A stretch of 64,000 nucleotides of DNA from NCBI RefSeq assembly GCF_037042905.1, contig NC_087246.1, forward strand, positions 6,016,001 to 6,080,000. The letters are read 5' to 3'. Position 1 is the stretch's first letter, and every line of letters begins with the position of its first letter. The notes below the pieces were generated by a model that did not search any database, was not told the origin of the DNA, and saw only the letters and a list, made by a program, of their open reading frames with translations. Positions 39,401 through 54,400 of this stretch are shown here, piece by piece. Origin of the DNA: Lytechinus pictus (taxonomy: Eukaryota). Position numbers and translations under genes: made by a program.

Positions 39401-42400
39401 TTACCACTTTGCCGAGGTGCTTCTGTTGGATGTTGAACCGGGTTGTTTTATTTGTTAAGCAAAGCACTAAAAAGAAACACTTAAAGTGTTCCAAGTTAAG
39501 TTTATATAAAGGGGTTATTCAGAAACATTTCATAGGGGTATGTGTAAGTTGACCAACAGACTTCAAGGGGTATGAAGCTTAGGAGTAGGAAAATATATAC
39601 AGTGGGACATGACCTAGACTTTGTGAGGTGCCTGACATTGTTTTAGTGATTTATGGAATAGAATGAATAGTAGAAAAGGATTTTATTTTATTTCACAGAA
39701 GGAGAACTGTTGTCAGGGTACAGGAGGTTCTTCTCAGTCACAAAATGAGGACCAGCCCGTTAGTGTGAGTATTGAAATTATATTTGTTATAAGATTTAGC
39801 CATTTTAAATACAAATACTAAAAATGGACTTTGCTTATTGACACTAGTTTGGATGTGATGTGCAGTTCATGCCTAAGGGTATTATGTTTTGAGATAACAC
39901 ACTTAATATTTTTCTATAGGGTATTTGTATTAGAAAAAAAAAGCAGAAATGCTCGACCGGCCATTCATTTATGCAACAAAGACAGGGTGTGAATGTTTGT
40001 ATAAAAAATGCATTAAATTCTTTTCAATGCATTTTCTTTACATTCTCCCTTTTTGTCTCGCCTGAACAAAGTTTGGCAGAGACCTCGTGATCACTTTTCC
40101 TGTTGGTCTATTACTCTTTTTGGTCTGTTACAAAAATGTTAAAATTTTGCTCAACTTGATCTCATTTCTTTACTCCTGCATCAATTACGTTCACCTTTTG
40201 TACAAATGATCTTTGGGTAAAATCAAATGTGTGTTCATGAGAACGATGTAGAATGTCATTTAGGTGTCAAAAGATCATATTTTATTGATTGTGAAATCAG
40301 GCAAGACTTGTGGTTAGCGATCCACCTTGTGTGGTAAAGTGGAAATCTTAACATTTCACATTCTATATGAGCCTTCATTACTTTTATCTTGAAAATTGCA
40401 ACATTTTTACGTAATATACAGTAGGGGTTCTCAATTAGTTGAAATACCAAATTTGCTATCGCGTTGGCATGCAAAGCATCACAAGTGGCATGCACAGTAC
40501 TTATCATGGACGTGTTAGAAGGATAGGAATGTACCCGCTTAGTACCAGCCTACTTGTACCCCATGTGATGAGCCGACAACCAGATGGTAATATTAACAAT
40601 TGGCTTTTATGCTAGGCTTTATCAATCAATGCTCAAAGCGCTTCACAATTCTCTGTTTTAAACAGGAGTTTTAACAGTGCCTTTCAGGTGTTTCAACAAT
40701 AGAAACCTTTTTTAATATAAGGCAACAATTTTTCAGAGCAACAAAATAAAGTCAGATTCTAATTTTACTTGTCTTTTTCTTAATGATGCATTATTACATT
40801 TTGTGGGCATAACAGGCATCAGCGAACAAAAATAACCATAATATGAGTAATATTGAAAATTAATTACTCAGATTCACGCAAGAACATGCAAAAGTTATAC
40901 AAATTATGTTCATAATTTTACATCTTTCGTATTGATTGAGCTCTAAAATAGCGCAAATTGTTGAAAAATGCCGAAATTAGTCCAACAATTATTTTGTGTT
41001 ATGTTGGCATGCAAAACAATGCTTCTAGAGACAAAAAATTGATAAATATTGATATTTTGTTTCTGCAGAAGACTGTCTCCTGCAAATAATAATCCGCATT
41101 TATATAGCGCTTAATACATGGGAGCGACGTGTCTAAGCGCTTTACAGATATATTATTACCCCCGTCATCGGATTCAGTCAGTCATTCCCGCACACAATGT
41201 GCACATCCTCCATTCCCTGGGGAGTATTCCAGTCAGTCACCGGTGAGGCGCACACGGTACTGGACAAGCTACAATGACTTTCACATCCTACCAGGTACCC
41301 ATTTAGCATGTGCAAAGGGTTTACAGACCTGCCAACCAGTACGTTTTTGGCGTATTTAGTACGTTTTTTAAACCAAAATACGGCAGTACGTTTTTTCTTT
41401 AAAAAATATGTTTTTGTATATTTTTTTTTTTTTTTTTTTTCAAAATCGTAATTTATTGAAAAAAAATCATCTCTATATGTCTCTATTTCATAAAACTTAG
41501 ACAAATATGGTTATTAGATCAATGTAATTTCAGGTAACTTGTTTTTTTTCAATCATTCTGTTAAAACCAGGGTGAGATATACACATGTTTCGATGTTTTT
41601 TTTTCATCTGCAAGAGCAGTGCGCATTTTAGCTTGCGTGCAGCTTGAGCGCCGCGATGAGCGAGTGTGCCAAGCATTTTATTATGAAATACACTTTATTT
41701 GCGAAAAATACAGTTTTTTTATCACTGAATACAATTTTTCATTCCCAGAGGTTGGCAGGACTGGGTTTATAGCATGCCTCATGGAATATCAATTTCCTGT
41801 GAATTGCTTTGTCAATGATTGGGATGTCATTGTTTTCCTATAGATTTCTGAATGTATTGTGCTTGAGTTCCCATCCTTCCTACATGTAGCACCGTAACAC
41901 GTCCCTGGATGGGCTTGGCCTATAAGCAGACGACCTATCTTTGATTAAACCCATGTGAATGGAATGAGACATGTATACACAGTCTACATTACACATACTA
42001 TGACCCATGTGACCTTGATTTGACTACAGGTTTAATACCCGACTTTGATGATTGTGATGCTGTTGTATTCCTATAGATTTTTCGAATGTATTGCGCTTGA
42101 GTTTCCCCACCCTTCCTGACACGCCCCTGCACTATTGATAATCCCTGATTTAAAGGTTTGCTAAATAACATTCCCTGCAAGGATTTATGTTTCACATCAA
42201 GTGAGGTGGAAACAATTCAGATTCACTGTACATTGTATAAGCCTGTTCACGGTTGTAAACTGCGCACGAGCAGAAAAAGGTCATTGGAGACAACCATGAA
42301 GGTGGCTTTCAAATTCACTGACATAGGCATTTGTGATTTGATGATTATTCATGTATTCCTTTCAAAATATTTATCACATTCAAGCTGAAGAGTAATAAAT

Positions 42401-45400
42401 AGAGCCTTCATAATCAACTGGTATTTGACAGTAGCCTAAACAATAGTCAAATGTGCCAAAGGCAGACAATAAAACAGATTTCCAAACTTTATCCCTGATG
42501 TACTATTCTAGTCACCTGGTCTATACAATGCCTTTTGTTCTTAGAATTCGAATACTCTATGTAAAGCTTACCGTAAAGCTTACGCAACATCTACGTTTGA
42601 AAATGATAGTGCTTATCCTAATGAAAAATCACAAAGGTCATTTGAGAAAAGTTGATCATGAGCTAACCGTGAACTGGCTTATTGTGCTATTATCATCTGT
42701 ATTATGTTGAAAACTGCTGCATCATAACAAGGTCAAGGAGGTGATATCAGGAATGAAACTAATCTGGGTTCCAAAAGGGCAATTCCATAATATGATAAAC
42801 CTTTTTGTACATCCAACCCCCATTTTTCTCAAGTCTTACTTCACTATACAGTGCGTCCCATAAAAACGAAACAGAGATTTATAGATGATTTATCTTGTCT
42901 TAATCGTAAATACAATAGACAACCTATCATTGCAAAGCTTAGGGTCTCTTTCATTTGAAATAACTTAGATTATTCCTCATTCGTGCATGAGTGAGCAAAA
43001 ATAATTTGAAGAAAGGAAACCAAAAAGTCACTTGGCGGGCGATATCTGAGTTTCAAAAAGAAAATAATTTTTTTAAATAGTTCAATAACTGCTCTTTAAT
43101 TTGATCGTTCAAGAAATAAAAGGGTTTGATTATTTGAAATAAGGCTTAAATTCCAATATTTTATTGTATTTATTGATATATATGCACATAAAAATTGACC
43201 AGCAGCACATGCTGAAAGGGTCAATTTACAAAACTTCATGAAGTACACTATACAGATAAAACAAAGCAAATGAACAAAAATGTAATTACAATATTCTAAT
43301 TTAAAAACGATCCAATTAAAATAATTTTATTTAGTGAAGAGGTTTTACAGGATAGCCCTTAGATTGATGATCAGCCATGCAGAAAGTCTTTTGTAAACTG
43401 TGCGATAGCTTAGGTGGGAAACAGGTGAAAACATGTATATTTCATGAAATTACGGAATTACAAGCATTGTTTCAAAGAAACATAACTTGTGTTAATTTCT
43501 TGACCATTTTCTGTGATTTAGCTATCAAGTTAAAGAGCAGATATTAAACTTTTTAGGCATGTGATTTTGTGTATGAAATTTTGATGCCCCCCACCTAATG
43601 ACTTTCTGCTATCCTTCAAATTGTGTTTACTCACTCATGCATGGATGAAAAATCTTGTATGTTATACCAGCTTAAAGAAATGGTCATTCTTTGCTTGACT
43701 GCTATTGAGACCATTTATGCATTTTGCTTCTTTGACCTCAATATGTGTGTTTAACTTCCTGTAACTTCTTAGGGCCTTTTCACATGAATCTTGCAATTCG
43801 TCATTAGAATCAGACCTTTCACACGCTCACTAAAAAACTGATTTGAATTCAAATTCCCGGGTGAAGGCGGTATGTGTCCTTGGTGACTTGTCAATCAAAG
43901 CACTGTATGCAAATACAAACTGCAATGAGTGCATGACAGTTGTATTACTACAGAAGTGCTTAAAAGGTCACATAAGCTTCACCCCCAAAATATGTTTTGG
44001 AGGTCAAGCATTGCACATGCAGAATTCGTACTGTTACAGAAACTTAAATGGAATTCACCTCCGGAGTAGAATTTGATTTCGTGATTTTGATTAGGGTTTG
44101 TGCTGGTGAAGTTTGATAAGATTCTTTTACAACCCAGTTTATTTATCAGACTTGTATAATTTGCAATGTTCACTGAAGGTCATTAATGTATGATTAGTGA
44201 GTGGCAGATCTCCGAGGGGAGTGTAGTAACAATAGAGATTATCTGATATAAGGTCAGATAAGGATTATGATCAAAGGTTCTGCCATAAATTCATAACCAG
44301 CTCGAATTCTTTATTGGAGTGTGTTAAATGAAGGTCCAGTTTTGGGAGCCCATAAAAATATCTGTGACAGATAGCCTTGCTTTAAGCTACTAATCAGCAA
44401 ATGATAGATAAAGTTAGGATTTTAGAAACTCAATCTGACGTGTAGTTTGTTTTTTAATTCTATTCATATTCTTTGCATTTGCATGATTTATATTATTTGT
44501 ATTGACTATTGGGTACATGTATATAATTATAAATGCAATAGATTAATAATGAATCTAATTTTTAATTTAAAAAAAAAATTAATAACTCAGCTAGCTACTT
44601 AGAACTCATGACATGCATCTGTCCTAAATGCTCACATAACATATAGTAGGACATTATTGTTCAGATTACATTTGACTCATTTCAAACACTTAACTCACAA
44701 AAAAAAAATCACGAATGAAATATCTCATGACCAATCGATTGCATGGACTAAAGCTGATCATTCTGAGGTGTTGAATTATTGTTTTATTGGCCCAAACATG
44801 GAGTAGTATGTGTGCAGTGCTTTGTAACTGAAAGGAAAAAGCGCTATATCAAATGTGTATTGGATTGGATGGATGGGATTTACATTCCGGTCCTATTGAT
44901 TTCAGCAACCATAGCTGTACATATCTTTAATATAATCCATTTCAAATTTCAGCAATATATATATTTTATGGTCCTAATAGCCATTTAGGTGTTAAAAATA
45001 TGTAGAATATTGAAAGTGTCTGCTACCATTCATTAACACATTAAGTATCACTTTTGTTGTAGCAGCTTACTGTGATATATCTGTCATTTTGACTGGATTC
45101 TAATATTGCATCAATTTTTTTTATAGGTGGTGATGGATGATGGTGATTGGAAACCATACGATCCTTCTCAAGAACCAATATTTCCTCCTGAACTTCAAGT
45201 ATGCTTTCATTTTTATCTCCAATTTAAATACCATTATGTTATCTTTGAAATTGGTCTGGCATTGTTCGTTATTGTCATGACGATTATTCAAATCAACACC
45301 CACAACCTATGTTAATAGCCATAAGTATAGAATTCAGAAGGAATTGGTGTAAAGGATGACTGTCTAAAGTGCAGATACATGTATCATATTGGTTTATATA

Positions 45401-48400
45401 ATAAATTCTCTAAATTGGATCTAAAAATCACTTTTATTGAAGTGGGATTGAACATGAAAGAGGGATAGCAAATACAAAATTGATGTGGATAATGTGGATG
45501 ATAATGATGGTGAAAACGAAAACATTTTTGAAATGATTAAACTCAAATAAAAATATGACTGACTTTGACAATTGTATAATTAATCTTTTTCCATTTCCCA
45601 AAGACCGATGCAGAAGAATACAATAAGACTGTGACCTTTCAGAGGGGTCAATCCAAGTGGATTGTGGCGTCAACTTTAGAAGAACTTCTTCAACTCCTTG
45701 CTGCCAACTCACAGGCTCAGCTTGCCATGGGAAACACTGTAATGAGTAGGTTGTTCTAGTTGGGATATCTCCTCCATGATGTTTGAGTATGACCATTCCA
45801 CATGCAAATGTAGACCAAAATCTTACATAGAGCAAATACCTTTCCATTTATCAAACAGGCAGACTCATTCATGATAATGCGAATTTGTTGATATTCTGTA
45901 CTCTTTTGAATTGGTATGGATTTCATCTGATTTACTTCATTATCATTACTCAAATTTTAATAATATGAATTATATGAAAGGCTCTTGTGGCTCTGTATTT
46001 ACTCATAAATCTGGTTTTATGACTATTTGACATCAGTCATTAAATATGCTATATTCAATCAATATTGAATGCTTTGTTCCCTGTATTTAGATGTGAAAGT
46101 TATGATCAATCTTCTGCTTGTTACCAATCAAACAATGTGGCAAAACATGTACCTTTGATTATGAGATTGATTGAATGTATGTCTTTTTGCCATAGGACCC
46201 CACTGGCACAAACAGTTCACCATTTTATTGAATTTTTATTCAGTGACGATATATTTTATCATCTATCACATATGTTGCAGGAATATATCAGTGAGTAATT
46301 AATAATTGTTTCTATCTCATTAATTACCAGGTGTTCGCAAGTATGAAGGTGAACGTTTTCCTCTTCTTGTCTCACCGAGCAGTGGAGTCCTAGAGCTGAT
46401 GGAGGTTGTGACCTCTGATAGAGGGGTTACCATTGGGTCAGGGGTCAGTGTGGCACAGTTTGAAGAGCATCTAAGGGAGCTAGTAGAACGGCTTCCAGAA
46501 CACCAGACCAGGTTTGCAAGGGCTATACTTGACATGCTTGGTCAATGGGCAGGACAACAGATTCGCAACATGGCAGTGAGTTCACGTTTTTTTAACCTCT
46601 GCATCCTGTCCTCTTGAAAGCTCCTCATCACTAGCGTACCTACGGGGGGGGGGGGGGGGGGGGGGGCAGAGGTGGCAGACTGCCCCCCTGACGAGTCACA
46701 ACCCGTGCAAGGGACATATCACTGCCCCCCCCCCTGACGAGTCTTGAAGACCCTTTTTTTTTTCTTTTTTTTTTTTTGGTTTGTCCAATTTTTGTCTGGT
46801 ACGAAATCCTTTATTTGTGGTTGAAGACCTTTTTTTTTTTTTGCTTGTCAAATTTTTTTCTGGTACGAAATCCTTTATTTTTTGCTTGTCAATTTTTTTA
46901 CGGATGAATTTGTCCCCCCTGTGGAAAATCCTAGGTACGCCACTGCTCTTCATTAATACTTTATTGATGGAATGTGGGAAATTAATGAATAATTAATGTA
47001 ATGCATGTTAATGCACTAATAAATACCCAGTTTCTCCTCTTCTACTTTATATCAAAAAGACGTTTAATATATTTCAATTTTTATGCATAACATGAATTAT
47101 CAGTTTGTTACAATATTAAGGAATGTGAATTATGCAGCTATACCCTATACAGCATGATATTGGTACTGTTTCTAATGGTGACAGTTATAGAGGTGAAGGG
47201 TATGGGCTCTTTCTAACGCTTGAGCCCTTTGTTGTCTCTTTTAATAAAGTGGTCTACTAGCAGATGGTCTAATTCTCAGATCCTGTAACACCACAATTGC
47301 TATGCCCACCTGATCTTCTATAATTACCTGGCCTAATTACAATTTGGTCTTACCATCACTTGGTCTAACTGTCCTCCAGTCCAGTGCTCAGATCTTCTAA
47401 TTTCAACTTTGTCAGTTCAGTATTTTGCACTTCATGAAATGAAAATTTGGTTCATAACTGTTCATCTAATGATATTTACTAAGTTGTGTTAGACCATGTC
47501 AGTATTAGACAAAATAGGTATTTGCTTACTGCTGATTAGTAAGCAATAGAAAAATTGTGAATATGCTTAATGGCAATAGGAACATATGGAATAATATACA
47601 CTGCATGTATAGACCAAGTGGCATTTTACTGTTGAAATTACCTTGTCTCTTTAGAGCATTGGTGGAAGTATAGCGGGTGCAAGTGGAATGCTGGATCTTT
47701 GTATCATCCTTATGGCAACCAACACAACAGTTACTCTTGTGAAAGCTGGAGGTATAACAAATATTCTTGGTTTGATTTTTATTATACTTTTTAAAAGCAG
47801 TGTAATTGTCACTTTTTATCTCATGTGAAGAAAGTGTAACAAAAGGTTAGCATTAGTATCCCTCATCAACCATTTAAGTATTGTCATAATTTATTTATTA
47901 TTATTTTGTGCCAGTATACCTATATTGGTATATTTCATTGACCTTACTATGTCTTGCATGGATCAGTTAAAACTTTTTGGTGGAAATTTATGCTTAGGCC
48001 TCCTAAATTTGATATATTCTGAAAGAAAATGAAAACATTTTGTTATGATAAAAAGAGGACAGATATTGTATATAAAACACAACTTTAATATTATAGTGAA
48101 GTTAGCACACACTGAAGTAAATGACCAGAAAATGTATTTATGGTATGAAAATTTTCCTATCACTTTAATAATTTTGCATGTACTCTGTGCTCTCGCATAC
48201 ATGACTTGACTTATTAATTTCACTTAAACACAGAAGTTACTCAATTCTTTCAAGTAATTTTGCTCGAATTTGTCGTTTGATTATGATTTAGGGTTTATCA
48301 TAAACTTATTTGTGGTTAGTGGTCATGCATGAATCATTCCAAGTACTAGTATAATTTACCCTTGATCATACATATGCATTTCATAATAATAAAACAATCT

Positions 48401-51400
48401 TTTTGTAATAAATAAGAGTCTTGTAAGGGTATAGTGCCCTTCAATATAAAAGATACAACGAGTCCAAATGGGCTTTTTTTTAAACCATAAAATTGGTTAT
48501 GAAATTTCATCTTGTTTTTGCATCATACAGGAATCAGACGCACTGTCGCTTTGGACAAGGATTTTTACCCAGAATCCAATAAATCAGTTTTAAAGAGAGA
48601 TGAGATCATTGAATCATTGCATATACCTTTCTCAGGGAAGGTGAGTATAAAAGCCAACATACTTTCTAAACTTCTAGCTAGTAATTAATCAGCATTGGTA
48701 GGATTGAAATTAATCATAGAAAATCAGCCAGCCCCAAAATGAAAAATGAGTTGGCTGAGAAGTGGCATATTGTGCCAACATTATGTAGATGGGCTAATGT
48801 GAAAATGCTTCATTGCCTCAGCAGGAATTTATTATAATGGTTCATCTGATATTAATATTGGGCTCCTTTTGCATGGCATGCAGGAAAGAGCCACTTTCAA
48901 GAATGATTGGCATTAGTAGCGTTATAGAGGGGAAAATTCCCTATCAATATGGAAAACATAGCAGTGCTCCTATTGTAATTTTAAAAATTATCATTTCAGG
49001 TTTGAAAAGTTTTTTCTCCTCTTTATTTTTTATGAACAGAATGAGTACTTCTTCTCTCATAAAGTTGCTGAGCGTCGCCATAACTCTCGTTCTTCAATCA
49101 GCTGTGGATTCAGGGTGACCTTTGAGACTGAAGGTCAAAAGGTCAATGATCTATGTCTAGTGTTTGGTGCTGTTGATGATAATCCATTCATTGCTCAGAA
49201 AACATGCAATGCACTTATTGGACAGTAAGGGCATTTACTTTCTTATTTTGAATTGAAATTGAAATTTGTAACAAAACTTAAAGAGATCTTATTTTGAATA
49301 TTATTTAGTATTTTAAAGTGTATTTTTAGTGTAATTCCTCCTCATCACTGTATGAAGTGTATTCCCTTTTTGTCTCGCTGCATCGCAGAGCGAGATTATA
49401 GTTGCTGCTTTTCCAATGGCGGTGGCAGCATCAACATTTAATTCTTAACCAAAGGTGAAGTGTTTGAAATGTCATCATAACTAAGAAAGTATATGGACCT
49501 AGTTCATAAAAACTTGGACATAAGGGTAATCAAGTATGACTGAACATCCTGCCTTAGTTTCAGGTCACATGACCAAGGTCAAGGTCATTTAGGGTCAACG
49601 AAGTTAAGACCATGTTGGGGGAATCAACACCAAAATTTTAACCTAAGGCTAAGTTTTTGAAATGTTATAACTTAAAAAGTATATGGACCTAGTTCATGAA
49701 ACGTAGACATAAGGATAATGAAGTATTACTGAACATCCTGCCTGAGTTTCAGGTCATATGACCAAGGTCAAAGGTCATTTAGGGTCAATGAATTTTGGCC
49801 ATGTTGGCGGTATTTGTTGAATTGCCATCATAGCTTTGAAAGTTTATATATATAGTTCATAAAACTTGGGATATAAGAGTAATGAAGTGTCACTGAACAT
49901 CCCATGTGAGTTTCAGGTCACATGACCAAGGTCAAATGTCATTTAAGGTCATTGAACTTTGGCCATGTTAGGGATAATTGTTGAATTGTCATCATAACTG
50001 AAAGTTTATGGATAAACTTCATGAAATGTGGACATAGGGGTAATCAAGTAACACCGATCATCTTGCACAAGTCTTTGCTCTCATGATCAAGACCAAATGT
50101 CTTTTAGGGTCAGTGAATGTAGTTTTTGTCTCACCTGCATAGCAGAGTGAGACTATAGGCGCCGCTTTTCCGACGGCGGCGTCAACACCAAATCTTAACC
50201 TAAGGTTAAGTTTTTGAAATGACAGCATAACTTAGAAAATATATGGACCTAGTTCATGAAACTTGGACATAAGGTTAATCAAGTATCACTAAACATCCTG
50301 CATGAGTTTCACGTCACATGACCAAGGTCAAAGGTCATTTAGGGTCAATGAACTTTGGCCGAATGGGGGTATCTGTTGAATTACCATCATAACTTTGAAA
50401 GTTCATGGATCTGATTCATGAAACTTGGACCTAATAGTAATCAAGTATTACTGAACATCCTGCATAAGTTTCACGTCACATGATCAAGGTCAAAGGTCAT
50501 TTAGGGTCAATGAACTTTGGCCAAATTGGGGGTATTTGTTGAATTACCATCATAACTTTGAAAGTATGTTGGTCTAGTTCATAAAACTTGGACATAAGAG
50601 TAATCAAGTATCACTGAACATCCTGTGCGCTGACCAAGGTCAAAGGTCAATGAACTTTGGCCATAATGGGGGTATCTGTTGAATTACCATCATAACTTTG
50701 AAAGTTTATGGATCTGACTCGTGAAACTTGGACATAAGAGTTATCAAGTATCACTGAACAACCTGTGCAAGTTTCAGGTCACATGATCAAGGTCAAAGGT
50801 CATGTAAGGTCAATGAACTTTGGCCACGTTGGGGGTATTTGTTGAATTACCATCATATCTCTGTAAGTGTATTGGTCTGGTTCATAAAACATGGAAATAA
50901 GAGTAACCAAGTATCACTGAACATCTTGTGCGAGTTAAAGTAGTTTTCAAAGTCAGCACTGCTGCTATATTGAATCGCGTGATGCAGGTGAGACCGCCAG
51001 AGGCATTCCACTTGTTTTATTATTATAAGAATGGTCAAAATAATTATTTTATAGTCGTTTTCAAAGTCAGCACTGCTGCTATATTGAATTGTGGAATGCA
51101 GGCGAGACTGCCAGAGGGGCTCCATTTGTTTATCATTTATATAACCACAACTTTATTTAATTTCAGTGAAACATTTGATCTTTGAAGAATTTACAGAATT
51201 TTAGTTCTGCTGCATTTTATACTATGCTAAATCATAGAGCTGAATATTTGTCTGTGTATTTTGTTGTAATGATTTTGGGATTTGATAGCCTTGCAAATTT
51301 TTACTTCCTTTACACTGAATTAAAAAAAAAAAAAACTCATGTGATATGATTGTTTATGAATTGTATGGTCGTTTGTGCTTCATGTTTTAGTATGCTTGGA

Positions 51401-54400
51401 TACAGGTCTAGTATATTTCTGATATAATTTTTATCCAACTCTATATGTTTGTGCTTGAACTGAATAGGTTTATTTTTTGACATAAGGTATGTAACAATTA
51501 ACTTCCAGATTCACAGTACCTCCTTTAAGGAAGTATATTTTTCTTTCATTATTATTCTAGAGCTTGGAACCAAAGTTTTTTACAAGATGCAATCCAGTCT
51601 GTCAACCAGGAGATTAGACCAACCCCTCATCCCTATGATGCTTCATCAGAGTATAGGAAGAGCGGTATGGTGACATGTCTTCTAAGGTTCTATGTTCAAG
51701 TGTCACAACTCATCGACAACAACCAGGTCAGCAAATTGACATTGTTTTGAAAAGAATAGAGAGAGAGATTTTGAACACCTCTCAGCCAGTCTGAATGTGG
51801 GAGAAAGAATATAAGTTGAGACAATATTTGCCCTTGTTGCAGTATTCTATATTTTTTAATGATTGCATTATATATTCCTATGAGAAATGTATGTGTGAGG
51901 ATTGTGTTTGTGTGTAATTAGGTTTGTAAAGGTGTGTCTCAATTAGATTTGACTATTTATGTCTGGGACTGACCTGCAACATTGCCATTGGAAAGGAACG
52001 ACCAGAGCTCAAAACTTAACTTGCCCCTTATGTAGCTTAGATTTGAAAGCAAAATTATTTCTAATTTTCAGTAAGACAATTTGGGATATCCACTTCGAAT
52101 TTGATTTCAGTTAGGTTAGATATTGAGAAATCATCCTAAGTTCAGTGTTATTTTCTCTTTGGTACTGAAGTATGTTTATTATTAGAATGACACTATTATA
52201 TCATAAGCCTTGCAGGATTCAAATTCCACTGAAGAAGCATTGTCCATTTCCAAGAAGTTTATGTAGATCCCCAACCAAATTTATTCTTGTAATTCCTCTA
52301 AGTGCAAAAGCACCATTTTGGATGCCATGCTAGATTTAAGGGAGATTATTGTGTATATGTACATGTAACTCCTAACTTGATACATCTGGTAGACATGTAT
52401 GCTTTGTGTGAACCTATCATAATGATTATTTGGAGAAGGGGGAGGGGTACCAGTTTTAGTGATCGTACGGGACAATTTATAATACTTCAGATTTACCCTT
52501 ACTTCCCACACTCAAAGATTTCAACACCGAAGGAGCTCCTTTTATACTTAATATGTCATAACCTCAATTTTCTATGTTGTAATGGAAACTAGGCATTGAC
52601 TGGTCCATTCTCTCAAGGTCAGCTGTCAGATCCCAGCATTCCTGCATCCTACAACGATGAAGGTCCAGTCAGTACACAGATCTATCAGGTATTGTCTCTT
52701 TGTGTTTTTGTTGTTGTTTTCTTGTTTGTTTTGTTTTATTCAGGGGGGGGGGGTAGTGAGATTGAATCAAGCTCTCCATGAGACTATTAATGGAATAACA
52801 AGAATGTTTAGATATCTCGGATATGACTTTAAATGTAGTCCCCATTTAGAGGAGTATCACCACCTTTGCATGTTAAGAACCCACTGCACTATTTGTACAA
52901 GAGTAGGGGGAAACCCGATGTAGTGGTCCACCTGCACTCCCCCCCAATCAGTTATATCAGGAAGAGAGTCCTGCGGGTCATCGTGATTCAGTTTGTTTTT
53001 TGCCTACCGGCCACAGGTGACATCAAACGAATATAATCTGATGGTTTATCTATCAACTCCCTTCCATTTTCTCCAATTTCAGTGTGAAGTACGTCAAATC
53101 TGTACTCGGTGCACATTTTCTACCCAATATTTTATGGAGTCTATAACTTTAATTATCTACCATAGAAAAGTTGTGAATCAATATAAATTAAAATTAGGTT
53201 GATAAGTAACAATGATATTTAGGATTAACAAGTTATAATGGTACTCGTAATATCATTTGATAAGATCGGGAGTAATTCTTAAACAATTTGTCAGGTGATC
53301 AAGCTCTTGTCACCTGAATGTGATCAAAAGAACAGGTAGTGAAGTGCTCGGAGAGTAATGAGTATATCATCAAGAGCGATGTCTCTTAACTAAAATAACT
53401 GTTTGCATCCGTTTGCATCCAGCCTCCACCTAAAGACCAACCTGATGCGAATCCTCTTGGTCGACCTATCATTCATAAAGGAGCTCTTCAGCAATGCTCT
53501 GGGGAGGCCATCTTCAGTGATGATATACCAGTCCATGAAGGTAAAAAATACAGAGATCTTAAAAGTTGCTATTATCAATTATTGTCATTTAATGTTAACT
53601 CAAATGGAATCTTTTGGTTTTGAATGACCAAGGGGCACAGTTTCTATAGTAATTCTTTGTGAATGCCAGCATTTCAGAGATAATGTCCTTTTTAAATAAT
53701 TCTATAGTGATTGTAGGTTATTGATTTGTGATTTTTTAAAATAATGATGTTCAGTATTTTCATTGCAAAGGAAAATTGAAGGGTATGTTGTATCAGTGGT
53801 TGAATTATTCACTTATATTGATGTTGGTTGCTATATATGTACTACCAGACCTTGTTCTATCTTCTTCATTTTATAATGAAGTAACATCAATCCATGAAGC
53901 ACTGTCAAGCAACAACTGCCACTTTGATTAGACCTATATTCTATGTCTTATCATCTGTCAGTTAATCAAATTCTATTTCCTTTATTTCACGGCAATGTAT
54001 TAATATATAGGATTTTGTTTGTTTTTAAACAGGAGAACTGTATTTGGCTTTGGTCCTAAGTACGAGAGCTCATGCAAAGATAATGTAAGTATACAACTTT
54101 AAATGTGGTATGAATATTAGATAATGTCATATTTATGTGTTGTGTGAATGATTTGGAAAAGCATTTGAATATTAAAGAAACAAGTTTTTTATATGTGTAA
54201 TAAAGTCTAGTATTATTTATGGAGCTGATATCATGGTATCAAAAGTAAAGAATGTGGTTTTACCAATGAAACAAAGCGTATTATTGATTTATTCATTTAA
54301 AGAGTGTTCAGTGGGTGGAGCGCAGTGTGTAGAGTAAAAAGGGCAAGCATCTGGGCCCCATCTTTATACAAAGAGTTTTGATTGATCCGATCAATTTCAA

